In this document: positions 49,177-61,146 of the stretch, piece after piece | Layout of the letters: the number at the start of each line of letters is the position of its first letter | How positions within the stretch are numbered: the stretch's first letter is position 1 | Origin: Dehalococcoidia bacterium | GTDB taxonomy: Bacteria; Chloroflexota; Dehalococcoidia; Plut-88900 | Reading direction: 5' to 3' | Assembly: GCA_965197585.1 (NCBI GenBank) | Contig: OZ240215.1 | Coordinates: forward strand, 1,408,001-1,472,000 | Length of the DNA stretch: 64,000 bases | Notes under the pieces: model-generated | What the model was told of the DNA's origin: nothing | Databases searched by the model: none | Seen by the model: only the letters and a program-made list of their open reading frames with translations | Translations under genes and position numbers: made by a program

Positions 49177-50562
49177 TTGATCAGGCAACGCGAAGGCGAG
49201 TCCCGGCTTCCCAGGCTCTCCCAGTACTCCGGCAGCCAGATCCTCGCTGTAGTTCTTACCGTTGTCCTCATAGGCTACATCAGCTGGAAGATCAGCGAAT
49301 CGGCTGATCAGGCCCTGCAATTCGCATTCAACGGCGCTTCCGTGGGCGCCATCTATGCCCTGCTTGCCATCGGCTTCACCCTCGTCTACAGCACGGTTTG
49401 GTTCTTCGATCTCTATTACGGCGCTGCCGCTGCCATCGGCGCATACGGCGTTTTCTACCTCAGGTCCAAAGACGCCCTCCAGGTCGGGCAGTTCGAAGTC
49501 AACGATCTTTACGTTAACGTCGTATTCGCCCTCGTGGTGGCCGGCGTGGCCGGATGGGGTTTCCAGGCAGGCCTCAGGCAGCACATCGCTGCCCGCATAG
49601 GTCGGAGGGGTGGACTTATAGTCCTGGCCCTGACCGCCGCGGCGGCCGGCAGCTATGCCGGCTTCATCCTCAACAATCCGGACGAATTGAACGTCGTCGT
49701 AAGCCCCGCCGTCGGGGCCCTGACCGGCATCGTTGCTTTCTGGGCCGCCAACAGTGTCATCGGAGCCCGCGTTCCGGAAGGCTCCCGGATGCCCTTCATC
49801 GTCCTTGCCGCCATAGGCTCAGCCGCTCTGGGTGCATACTGCGGCCTGCTCACGTCTCAGGCCTCCGGTTCAAGCCTATATCTCAGCTGGGGCGTCTCCT
49901 GCCTGCTAGCCGGATCGGTCAGCCTGGCCCTGTATCGCGGCCTATACTTATACATGCGCCGCCGAGCCCGGTCTCCATTGATAATGCTGGTGGCATCCCT
50001 GGGTGTACTGCTCGCTCTAACTGCATTCACAACCATCATCTTTCAGTCCGCTCCCCGCCCCCTTCCCGAGGCTTTTGGCAGCACTCCATGGCAGATCTTC
50101 GGCGCATACATCAAACCCTTCAACGTCTTCTCCATCGGTGTCGCCATCGTTGGATTTATGGCGCTGATCCTCTTTCTTAGGAAGACCTCTTTCGGAAAGG
50201 CCGTGCGGGCCATAGGTGACGACGAAGAGGTGTCCAAAGTTGTTGGGATAAACACCACCGTCGTCATCGCTATCGTATTCTTCATTGGGGCTATGTATGC
50301 CTCGCTGGCCGGCATACTGAATGGCCATGACACGGCAATACAGCCTCGCATGGGTCTGCTCCTGCTCCTGAAGGGCTGGATCGCATCCGTAATCGGCGGC
50401 ATCGGCAACTTGTACGGGGCAATTGTCGGCGGTTTCGTCCTGGGTATGATCGAACAGTTCGGCATCTGGGACCTCGCCGGCGAGTGGAAAGATGCCATCT
50501 CTTTCATTCTTCTCATCCTGTTCCTGGCCTTCTGGCCCAAGGGCCTAATCCCCAGGAAATAA
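49177..50562 (+). CDS. LivH-like ABC permease with an extra membrane insertion
   Basis: GAIYALLAIGFTLVY, TSFGKAVRAI and GGIGNLYGA motifs; 461 aa. Confidence 0.85.
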   Translation: MIRQREGESRLPRLSQYSGSQILAVVLTVVLIGYISWKISESADQALQFAFNGASVGAIYALLAIGFTLVYSTVWFFDLYYGAAAAIGAYGVFYLRSKDALQVGQFEVNDLYVNVVFALVVAGVAGWGFQAGLRQHIAARIGRRGGLIVLALTAAAAGSYAGFILNNPDELNVVVSPAVGALTGIVAFWAANSVIGARVPEGSRMPFIVLAAIGSAALGAYCGLLTSQASGSSLYLSWGVSCLLAGSVSLALYRGLYLYMRRRARSPLIMLVASLGVLLALTAFTTIIFQSAPRPLPEAFGSTPWQIFGAYIKPFNVFSIGVAIVGFMALILFLRKTSFGKAVRAIGDDEEVSKVVGINTTVVIAIVFFIGAMYASLAGILNGHDTAIQPRMGLLLLLKGWIASVIGGIGNLYGAIVGGFVLGMIEQFGIWDLAGEWKDAISFILLILFLAFWPKGLIPRK

Positions 50563-50565
50563 CTC

Positions 50566-51633
50566 ATGGCTATGGAGTTACAGGCAGAATCTGAAGTCCG
50601 CATCGGCGTCGCCGATGTGCTCCGCGACCCTAGACTGCTCATTCGCGGAGCCAGGTCTAACCTTGAGATCTGGGCCAACCTGATCGTAATACTCTGGGCC
50701 GTCGCGTTCATGCTCTGGCAGGGGACCGGCTTCGCCGTCACCATCGCTACTGTTTTTGCCATCTGGGCGATACTCGCCGTTAGCCTTAATCTGGTGGTCG
50801 GGTTTGCAGGTCTCCTTTCGGTGGCACACATCGGGTTCTTCGGCATCGGCGCCTACACTGTAGCCATCCTGACCTCGGACCAGGATTACGAGCAGCTCCG
50901 CACACAGACCCTTCCTACCTTCGATTTCCCCTTCTTTGCAGCTCTCCCCATCGCTGTGGTTATCGCGGGTCTCGTTGCAATCATTGTCGGAACGGTATTC
51001 AACCGCTTCCGAGACGACATTTTCGTTCTCGTGTCCTTTGGCTTCGCCATCATCGCCTTCAATGTGTTTCTCAACTTGCGCCCCGTCACCCGTGGCGCAT
51101 TCGGGATCCACGAAATAGCCCGGCCCGCCATAGGAGGCTGGGTCTTCGACGGCGATTTCGAATTCCTGCTTCTATCTCTTGTAATACTGGCCCTCGTCAT
51201 GCTCGTCTCCTGGTTCATCGTCTCCTCATCCTTCGGACGCGTTTTGACCGCCATCCGCGAGGATCAACAGGCCATCGAAGTATTCGGCTATCGCGTCACC
51301 TTCTACAAGCTGGCCATCTGGGTCATCTCCGCCATGATGGCGTCCCTAGCCGGCGGCCTGTTCTCAAGCTGGACCAGCTTTATCGACCCCAACTCCTTCA
51401 TACTCCTTGAGTCGATCCTCATGGTATCCATAGTCATTCTTGGCGGCTTGGCCACCATCTGGGGGTCCCTGCTGGGCGCAATGGTCTTTGTCCTGCTTGA
51501 AGAGGGCATGCGATTCCTTCCCTTCCTCCCCACCGAGTACATAGGCCAGGCCCGACAGATCGTCCTGGGAGTCCTTCTTGTTCTCCTAATGCTCTTCAGA
51601 CCACAGGGGCTGGTTGGGAGATATAAGCTTTGA
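50566..51633 (+). CDS. LivM-like ABC permease
   Basis: SLNLVVGFAGLLSVAH, FGRVLTAIRED and LFRPQGL motifs. Confidence 0.88.
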   Translation: MAMELQAESEVRIGVADVLRDPRLLIRGARSNLEIWANLIVILWAVAFMLWQGTGFAVTIATVFAIWAILAVSLNLVVGFAGLLSVAHIGFFGIGAYTVAILTSDQDYEQLRTQTLPTFDFPFFAALPIAVVIAGLVAIIVGTVFNRFRDDIFVLVSFGFAIIAFNVFLNLRPVTRGAFGIHEIARPAIGGWVFDGDFEFLLLSLVILALVMLVSWFIVSSSFGRVLTAIREDQQAIEVFGYRVTFYKLAIWVISAMMASLAGGLFSSWTSFIDPNSFILLESILMVSIVILGGLATIWGSLLGAMVFVLLEEGMRFLPFLPTEYIGQARQIVLGVLLVLLMLFRPQGLVGRYKL

Positions 51634-52391
51634 CCACATCCACGCCTGAAGCTCAAGAACCGTCCATCCTGGCAACCGATGAGGTTTCCAAGCACTTCGG
51701 TGCAGTCCGGGCCGTCGACAGGCTATCCATATCCATCCCAGGCACGGGTGTGACCAGTATCGTAGGGCCCAACGGCTCGGGGAAGTCCACCCTCGTTAAT
51801 CTCCTCTCCGGCACCCTCCCCCTCGACGGCGGCATGGTCATTATCGATGGCAAGGGTCTCAAAGTCGTTCACGCCTTCGAGACCCCTGACCACGGTCTTA
51901 CCCGCACTTTCCAGGAAGTCCGGCTCTTCGACCAGATCACCGTCTGGGACAACATCATGGTCGTCATGACCAGCCGGCCCTGGCTGCCCGCCCTCTTCGA
52001 ACGTGCCAAGCCGGACTATAAGAAAAAGGCCCAGCAGATACTCGAAAACGTCGGCATGTGGCACAAGCGCCGCGCCCTCGCCATGAACCTCTCCTACGGC
52101 CAGCGCAAGCTCCTGGAAATCGGGCGTGCCATGGCCATGGACGTCAAGGTCTACCTCTTCGACGAGCCCTTCGCCGGCCTCTTCCCCCAAATGCTCGAAC
52201 GGGTGAAGGAGATCATGAAGCAGATGCGGGACCAGGACCACACAATTGTCTTCATCTCCCATAACATGGACATCGTACGCGAGCTCTCAGACCACATTTT
52301 CGTCCTGGACAGCGGTACCCTTTTAGCCGAAGGGAAGGTCGAGGACGTCCTGAACCGCCCCGAGGTTATAGAGGCTTACCTGGGTGACTAA
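51630..52391 (+). CDS. LivG-like ABC ATPase
   Basis: GPNGSGKST, RTFQ, LSYGQRK, DEP and EAYLG motifs. Confidence 0.9.
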   Translation: MTTSTPEAQEPSILATDEVSKHFGAVRAVDRLSISIPGTGVTSIVGPNGSGKSTLVNLLSGTLPLDGGMVIIDGKGLKVVHAFETPDHGLTRTFQEVRLFDQITVWDNIMVVMTSRPWLPALFERAKPDYKKKAQQILENVGMWHKRRALAMNLSYGQRKLLEIGRAMAMDVKVYLFDEPFAGLFPQMLERVKEIMKQMRDQDHTIVFISHNMDIVRELSDHIFVLDSGTLLAEGKVEDVLNRPEVIEAYLGD

Positions 52392-52412
52392 CCCCGTGAG
52401 GATAATGCCCTG

Positions 52413-53153
52413 ATGAAAGCGAAAAACGGCAACGGCGAAATGAGGCTGCTAGAGCTCGTGGACATCTCCGTCCACTATGGCGCCGTCATCGCCCTGGACC
52501 AGGCGTCCCTCGGCGTAGAGAAAGGCGAAGTCGTAGCTGTCATGGGCCCCAACGGCGCAGGGAAATCGACCGTACTGCGCGCCATCATGGGTCTGGCGCC
52601 CGTGGTCGGAGGGAAGGTTTACTGGCAGCAAAGCCTCCTCCAGGCCGAGACCCATGAGATCGTCAAAGAGGGTATCGCCTTCGTACCCCAGGGCCGGCGG
52701 GTCTTCACCCACCTTACCATTGAAGAAAACCTCGAGATGGGCTGCCTCTATCTCAACAGCAGCGCCGAGAAACGCCGCCGTATCGACGGGGTAATGGAGT
52801 TATTCCCGATTCTCCACGAGAAGCGCAAGGACTATGCCAGCCAGATGTCGGGAGGTCAGCAGCAGATGCTGGCCCTCGGCCGGGGCCTCATGGCCGACCC
52901 CGAAGTCCTGCTCTTGGACGAGCCGACCCTCGGCCTCGCTCCCATCGTAGTCAAAGAGGTCTTCCAGAAGGTCTCCGAGATCAGCGAAAAGCTCGGCACC
53001 ACGATATTTGTCGTTGAGCACAACATCAAGGGAGTTCTGGACATCGTGAACCGGGCCTACGTCCTCGACAAGGGCCAGGTTGTCCACGACGGCACACCGC
53101 AGTCGGTCCGGGACACGGACATCCTGACCAAGGTCTTCTTGGGCGCGGCGTAG
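52413..53153 (+). CDS. LivF-like ABC ATPase
   Basis: GPNGAGKST, VPQGRRVF, MSGGQQQML and LDEPTLGLAP motifs. Confidence 0.92.
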   Translation: MKAKNGNGEMRLLELVDISVHYGAVIALDQASLGVEKGEVVAVMGPNGAGKSTVLRAIMGLAPVVGGKVYWQQSLLQAETHEIVKEGIAFVPQGRRVFTHLTIEENLEMGCLYLNSSAEKRRRIDGVMELFPILHEKRKDYASQMSGGQQQMLALGRGLMADPEVLLLDEPTLGLAPIVVKEVFQKVSEISEKLGTTIFVVEHNIKGVLDIVNRAYVLDKGQVVHDGTPQSVRDTDILTKVFLGAA

Positions 53154-53163
53154 CGCCTAACCC

Positions 53164-54225
53164 CTACTTCGCCTTCTCCAGCGCCAGACCGGCCATCAGG
53201 TACATGATCACGTACACGATCACCCGGTAAATCACCGCCGACCCCGGCGGTATGCAGATGAATGACATACCGCTCAGGCCGCGCCGCCCGACCTCGTGGG
53301 CAATCCTGATGACCTCGTAGTCCGTCAGGCCGATAGGCTCGGCAAGCTCGCCCATTATGTCGCCCGACGCGGGCCCCGCACCCCCCAGCACATCCATGTC
53401 GAAGTGAACGTAGACACCGTCGGTGCCCTGGTAGGCTCGGTCAAGCTCCTTGATCACGCCCTCGATGCCCAAGCTCCGCACCTCCCATGAGGAGATGAAC
53501 CGCGCCCCATCCCTTAGGTAGCGACGCACGATGTCCTTCTTCTCCAACATGCCACGCTCCCCGATCTCGACCAGGGTGCTCGGGTGCATGTTCTCGAGGA
53601 ACTCGTACATCTTGTGCTTCCAGCTGCCACTTCCGGCGATGCGAGGGTCGTTGGTCATCCGGTCAATCTTTGCCGCATCCCAGTGGGTGTCCAGGCTGAC
53701 GCACCCGACCTGCCCCGCCGTGTGCTCCGAGATCGACTTGGCTATGGCAAAAGACCCCAACGGCGAGTTCTGGCCAATCACAATCGGAATGCCCCCGGCT
53801 TCAAGCACGTCGCCGACCTTCTCCTCCACTGCCGCCTGCGCCCTGAGAATGTTCTCCGGCGTCTGGGAAACGTTGACCTCTTCCGGGATGTCGGCGTCTC
53901 CGTAGTCCACAACATTCAGGTGTTCGAAGACGTCGATATCGAAGTCCTGAATGTATCCCGACCCATACCGCACCGACTGCTGCCTCACCCTCTTGGGCCC
54001 CGATATCCACTCCCACTTGTCTACGCCCGCATACTTGTCCGTAGCCGTCGCAACGTAGGGCGCCCCGATTATCACGACGTCCTGTCCCTTGAGTTCGTCC
54101 TTAGAAGTGACGTGGGGAACGCCCAGGAAGGTGGGCAGTTCGTCGGCTATCAAGGGGAACTTCCGGCGGCCTGCGAAACTGTTGGCCATGAAGTCTTCCC
54201 AGTCGGGGTATTTCATAGAGCACAT
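53164..54225 (-). CDS. Atypical arginase / ureohydrolase family protein
   Basis: DYGDA, SLDTHWD and HFDMDVL motifs, but GQNSP replaces GGDH; AGGAGG SD. Confidence 0.8.
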   Translation of the reverse strand: MCSMKYPDWEDFMANSFAGRRKFPLIADELPTFLGVPHVTSKDELKGQDVVIIGAPYVATATDKYAGVDKWEWISGPKRVRQQSVRYGSGYIQDFDIDVFEHLNVVDYGDADIPEEVNVSQTPENILRAQAAVEEKVGDVLEAGGIPIVIGQNSPLGSFAIAKSISEHTAGQVGCVSLDTHWDAAKIDRMTNDPRIAGSGSWKHKMYEFLENMHPSTLVEIGERGMLEKKDIVRRYLRDGARFISSWEVRSLGIEGVIKELDRAYQGTDGVYVHFDMDVLGGAGPASGDIMGELAEPIGLTDYEVIRIAHEVGRRGLSGMSFICIPPGSAVIYRVIVYVIMYLMAGLALEKAK

Positions 54226-54273
54226 ATTGGTCCTCCTGAGGGTCTTGGTTGGTTGGGAATCCGGGCGGGCCCG

Positions 54274-55443
54274 TCACCCCATTACTTTGGAAGCATAGTC
54301 AACTCTATTCAGGGCATCGTCCCCAAACCGGGACATGCCGAGACTCGAAATGTCTATAGTCGTAGCCTCACCATCCACAATCATCTCCGCAACGAGCATC
54401 CCCACCGCCGGCGACTCCTTGAACCCATGGCCGTTGAACCCCGTGCAGATGTAGAGTCCTTCTATCCCCTCCATCTTGTCGATTATCGGGTGGCCGTCCG
54501 GTGTGTTAGTGTACAGGCCCGCGTAGCCAGTGAAATACTCCGCCTCCCCCAGCCCCGGGACCCGTCTAGCCACCCGGCGCCACATCCTCTCGATATAGTC
54601 CATCCCCGGCTTCTGGTCGTAGTCGTCGGGGTTGGCCTCTATCTCCAGTTCCACGTCACCCACAAGGGTCAGGTCGGGGCTTTCCGGCCTCATGTACGCC
54701 ATGTTCACCAGGTCCCCGATCACCGGGTGCTCAGGTATAACGTTCATCGGGCGTTTCAGGAAGAACACCTCGTGCCGAGTCGCAGTCAGAGGCATGTCCA
54801 TCCCGAGCCCCTTCATCACTCTCACCGACCACGGCCCCGCAGCAACTACCGCAGTATCCGTCTCAATACGACCCTCTCTGGTCTCAACAGCGACAACCCT
54901 GTCATTCACAATCTCTACGTCGAGTGCCGGGTTGTCCAGCAAAACCTGCGCCCCCATGCCCCGCGCCGCCGACGCAAAGCCCTGTCCCACACTCGGAGGA
55001 TCGGCATACCCTGAGTGTGGCTCGAAGCAGATGGCATCCGACTCATCAAATGCGAAGTGTGGCGCAACCTCTCGAGCCTGCTTCATGTCCAGGACTCGGG
55101 TGTCAATCCCCAGCGACTGCTGCATGGCTATGTTGCGTTTGAACGACTCCTCAGCCCCCGGCGGTGCTATGAACATGGCCCCTACGTTCACGAACCCCGA
55201 GTCTCCACCCACAATCTGGTCGAAGTCGCGGATCGTCTCCAGGCTAGTCATCGCCAACCGGGCATTAACCTCGCTGGAGTAGTGCATCCGCACAATCCCC
55301 GACGACCTGCCGGTCGACCCAGCGCCCAGCGATTCCTTTTCGACCAGCACCGTATCCGTCACCCCGCGCCGCGCCAGGTTGAACAAGATACTGCACCCCA
55401 TCACCCCGCCGCCAATGATTACAACGTCAGCCTTGGATTTCAT
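54274..55443 (-). CDS. FAD-dependent oxidoreductase (sarcosine oxidase beta / DAO family)
   Basis: IIGGGVMG, GSTGRSSG, TPDGHPII and GFNGHGFK motifs. Confidence 0.88.
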   Translation of the reverse strand: MKSKADVVIIGGGVMGCSILFNLARRGVTDTVLVEKESLGAGSTGRSSGIVRMHYSSEVNARLAMTSLETIRDFDQIVGGDSGFVNVGAMFIAPPGAEESFKRNIAMQQSLGIDTRVLDMKQAREVAPHFAFDESDAICFEPHSGYADPPSVGQGFASAARGMGAQVLLDNPALDVEIVNDRVVAVETREGRIETDTAVVAAGPWSVRVMKGLGMDMPLTATRHEVFFLKRPMNVIPEHPVIGDLVNMAYMRPESPDLTLVGDVELEIEANPDDYDQKPGMDYIERMWRRVARRVPGLGEAEYFTGYAGLYTNTPDGHPIIDKMEGIEGLYICTGFNGHGFKESPAVGMLVAEMIVDGEATTIDISSLGMSRFGDDALNRVDYASKVMG

Positions 55444-55577
55444 GTCTTCCTCAACGGCTCCTCAATCTCTGAATGCCAACTCGAATCATATTGTCCGAAG
55501 CACCCTCCGTCAATCAATCCATTCCCAACCCTCATGCTACAATAAGCCCACTTCCGAGACCGAAAGAAAGGCCCTCG

Positions 55578-56783
55578 ATGCTGCCTCTCGACGGTATCCG
55601 CGTCATAGACCTATCCCAAGGCGTCGCCGGTCCATTCTCTACCCGACTCCTCGCCGACCAGGGCGCCGACGTAATCAAGGTCGAATCCCCCACTCTTGGA
55701 GACCCCGCCCGACGGCTCGCCCCCTTCGCCAACACTCTCCCTGGCTCCCAGGCAGGCGGCACGTTCCAATACGTAAACCTCGGCAAGCGCGGCATTACCC
55801 TCAACTTAGCCAGCGAGGTCGGTAGGAAGGTTCTTCGGAAACTGGCCGCCGGGGCCCATATTCTCGTTGAGAGCTTCGAGCCGGGAGTTTTGGACACTTT
55901 GGGTGTCGGTTTTCGCGAACTGTCGCAGTCCAACCCGGCCCTCGTGATAACATCGGTCACCAATTTCGGGCAGACGGGCCCCTACCGCCAATTCAAGTCC
56001 GACGAGATAACCCAGTACGGGATGGGCGGACCCATGTCAGTCACAGGCTCACCCGACCACCCGCCTCTCAATCTCGCCGACGGAATAGTCTTCCATCAAG
56101 CAGGCACTGCCGCAGCACTGGCGACGATGATTGCGTTCTTCGAAACAGAGGTGACGGGGGTCGGGGACCATCTCGACATGTCCATCATGGAGATCCAGGC
56201 AGGAAATATAGACCGACGCAGCCTGACCTTTCTCTCCTACCAATACACGGGTGAAAGAGGCGGTCGGCTGCCCGCCGGAGTGAGCGCGGTAAGTGGAGTC
56301 CTGCCTACCAGCAACGGCTACATTGCCTTCGACGCGGGCACTCCGGCTGCCATGGGGCAACTTCCCACGCTGATCGATGCTCCCGAACTGGCCCAGGACC
56401 CTCGCTTTACAGACCCCGACGCACGCCAGGAACCCGAGAACTTGGAGATGCTCCAGTTACGCATCCTGGAGTGGGCTTTGAACCAGGATAATCAGACGGC
56501 GTGGCGAAAGGCGCAGGCCCATCGTTCAATGGCCGCGCCCATCAACAATACTGCCGACCTCCTCGCCGACCCGCACTATACCTATCGTGGGTTCTGGAGC
56601 CGCATCGAAAGCGCTTCGGGGATCACGGCATATCCGGGGTCGCCCCTGACAATGGGCGGGGCCCGTGTCTCGGTCAGAAGACCGGCGCCAAGGCTCGGCC
56701 AGCACAATGCCGAGATCCTCGGCGGCGAACTGGGGTTCAGCCGAGAAGAGCTCAGTAAGCTAAAGCAAGCGGGGGTAATATAG
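55578..56783 (+). CDS. CaiB/BaiF CoA-transferase (probable non-catalytic subunit)
   Basis: PLDGIRVIDL, DQGADVIKVE, FGQTGPY and APRLGQHN motifs. Confidence 0.85.
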   Translation: MLPLDGIRVIDLSQGVAGPFSTRLLADQGADVIKVESPTLGDPARRLAPFANTLPGSQAGGTFQYVNLGKRGITLNLASEVGRKVLRKLAAGAHILVESFEPGVLDTLGVGFRELSQSNPALVITSVTNFGQTGPYRQFKSDEITQYGMGGPMSVTGSPDHPPLNLADGIVFHQAGTAAALATMIAFFETEVTGVGDHLDMSIMEIQAGNIDRRSLTFLSYQYTGERGGRLPAGVSAVSGVLPTSNGYIAFDAGTPAAMGQLPTLIDAPELAQDPRFTDPDARQEPENLEMLQLRILEWALNQDNQTAWRKAQAHRSMAAPINNTADLLADPHYTYRGFWSRIESASGITAYPGSPLTMGGARVSVRRPAPRLGQHNAEILGGELGFSREELSKLKQAGVI

Positions 56784-56786
56784 ACA

Positions 56787-58079
56787 ATGGGTCGTCTTCC
56801 CCTGGAAGGAATCCGAGTCCTGGACATCACGCAGATCTGGGCGGGCCCCTTCACCACCCAACTCCTCGCCGACTGGGGCGCCGAGGTCATACGAATCGAG
56901 TCAACCCAGATTGCGCCCATATCCACGCGGGTGTGGTCTCGGGAAAGGATAGCTCCTCCCCCCGGTGTATGGTGGCTCGCCTATCCTGAGGGGGAGTTGG
57001 GCGACAATCGAGCCAACCGGTTTGCGCTCTTCAACGTCCACGCCCGCAACAAGCAAAGCGTGACTATGGACCTCACCCGCCCGGAGGGCCGGCAAATCTT
57101 CGACAGGCTTCTACAGGTAAGTGATGTACTGGTCGAAAACAACACGCCCACTACAATGGCGAAACTGGAGATCGACTATGAGGCGGTACGTAAGCAGCGA
57201 CCCGACATCGTTATGGTGCGGATGCCGGGTTTCGGGTTGAACGGGCCCTACAGGGACTACCGTTCGATGGGTAACCACGCCGAGGCGATCGCCGGGCATA
57301 CATGGCTTCGAAACTATACGGACACGGATTTCTCGGCAATCAGCACAACCACGGTCGGAGATGGGATCGCGGGCCAGTATGCGGCATTCGCAGCCATGAG
57401 CGCTCTGCGGGCTCGGCGGCACACTGGCAAAGGCTGTCTGATTGAGCTGGCCCAGATCGAGTCTATGGCCTCATTCATGCCTAGGCAGATCCTGGAGTAC
57501 GCCGTCAACCGCCGCATACCCACGGCCCTCGGGAACCGACACTGGTCACTGGCTCCCCACGACTGTTTCCCCTGCAAGGGAGAAGACCAGTGGGTCACCA
57601 TCGCCATCGGGACCGACGATGAGTGGGAGGCATTCGTTCGTGCGCTTGGAAGTCCGGAGTGGGCCACCGACCGCCGTTTCGCCACGGTAACCGGCCGCTA
57701 CAACAACCAGAACGAGATTGGCGAGCATATCACCCGATGGACCCTCGAACGTGACCCCTATGAGGTCGCCACCCTTCTCCAGTCCCACGGGGTAGCCGCC
57801 GGGCCCGTTATCTACAACGAGGACGCCTTCTCCGATCCTCAATACGAGGCCCGAGGCTTCTTCGAAACCGTCACCCAAGAGGACTGCGGAACACACCTGC
57901 ACCCCGGAATCATGTGGAAAGCCTCGGCCCACCCCAACGAGATTCGGATGCCACCCTGCCAACTCGGTGAACACAACCCATACATCTACTCTGATCTTCT
58001 CGGCTACGGTGAAAACGATTACGCTCGAATGGAAACCGAGGGCCACATCGGCACGACTTACGTTGTCGACAACCCGTAG
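56787..58079 (+). CDS. CaiB/BaiF CoA-transferase (catalytic subunit)
   Basis: PLEGIRVLD, WAGP, RNKQSVTMDL and VGDGIAG motifs. Confidence 0.88.
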   Translation: MGRLPLEGIRVLDITQIWAGPFTTQLLADWGAEVIRIESTQIAPISTRVWSRERIAPPPGVWWLAYPEGELGDNRANRFALFNVHARNKQSVTMDLTRPEGRQIFDRLLQVSDVLVENNTPTTMAKLEIDYEAVRKQRPDIVMVRMPGFGLNGPYRDYRSMGNHAEAIAGHTWLRNYTDTDFSAISTTTVGDGIAGQYAAFAAMSALRARRHTGKGCLIELAQIESMASFMPRQILEYAVNRRIPTALGNRHWSLAPHDCFPCKGEDQWVTIAIGTDDEWEAFVRALGSPEWATDRRFATVTGRYNNQNEIGEHITRWTLERDPYEVATLLQSHGVAAGPVIYNEDAFSDPQYEARGFFETVTQEDCGTHLHPGIMWKASAHPNEIRMPPCQLGEHNPYIYSDLLGYGENDYARMETEGHIGTTYVVDNP

Positions 58080-58267
58080 ACTAAACATCCCATCCAAGAA
58101 ACCACTTGAGTTATGGGGCAGAAAACATCGTGCATTCATGCATTCGGCACATGCCGACACAGGTCTTCCGCAGTCCCGAAAGTCTTCCAAAAAACAACCA
58201 TCAATGCTACCATGTGGCAAGCGCGCCATAGTGCCAGAGGGGTGCGCGAATTTCATAAAATTATTAA

Positions 58268-60397
<2,130 letters not shown>

Positions 60398-60439
60398 TTC
60401 CACCGGGTAATCGTAACGGACAGCTAATCGAAGCTACAA

Positions 60440-60470
60440 TGTGGGTGAGGGCTTAAAGCCCTCACCCACA
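60440..60470 (+). terminator. Perfect hairpin after katG
   Basis: TGTGGGTGAGGGCTT-A-AAGCCCTCACCCACA. Confidence 0.65.
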
Positions 60471-60530
60471 AGTTCTGCCCTGGAACTCACGCTGAACCAC
60501 CATAGGAAGAGCTAGGCAGGGAGAAACCAC

Positions 60531-61133
60531 ATGACCACCTCCATAGACATCCGCCCCGAGAAGCTCGCCCGGTTCGTAGAGGGCGTTGTGGAAGTCTCAA
60601 AGATGGGCCTGCCGCCCGAGGAGGCCATCGAACGCATCTACCCCGAGTTCCAGCAGATGCTCGACTCCCCGGACTGGCTCGCCGACGAGTTCAAGGTGCC
60701 CCTCCCCGAAAAATTCGCCCAGTACCTGGTCCACCGGGAGGAGGACAACTCCTTATCTGTAATGGCCATGGTCGTCCCCGCCGGTTGCACCACACCAGTA
60801 CACGACCACCTGGCCTGGGGACTCGTCGGCGTGTACCAGGGCAGTCAACTGGAGACCGTCTACCACCGAGAGGACGACGGCTCGGACCCCGACCGCGCCC
60901 GCCTCACCCACGTCGCCACCAACGTCCTGCGCGTCGGGGACATCACCCGGCTCGTCCCTCCCGACGGCGACATCCACAAGATCGAGACTATGGATAAGGA
61001 CCAGCCTTCCATCTCGATACACATCCTGGGCAACGACATAGGCTGCCGCTGGCGTCACGCTTTCGAGGTGGAAAAGGAAGTGGTGCTGGACTTCAGGTCG
61101 GGGTACGTGAACGCCCCCTGCGAAGAGGACTAG
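60531..61133 (+). CDS. Cysteine dioxygenase-like (3-mercaptopropionate dioxygenase type) cupin
   Basis: TPVHDHLAWGLVG, GDIH, SISIHILG and FRSGY motifs. Confidence 0.82.
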   Translation: MTTSIDIRPEKLARFVEGVVEVSKMGLPPEEAIERIYPEFQQMLDSPDWLADEFKVPLPEKFAQYLVHREEDNSLSVMAMVVPAGCTTPVHDHLAWGLVGVYQGSQLETVYHREDDGSDPDRARLTHVATNVLRVGDITRLVPPDGDIHKIETMDKDQPSISIHILGNDIGCRWRHAFEVEKEVVLDFRSGYVNAPCEED

Positions 61134-61146
61134 GCTCGACTCGGCC

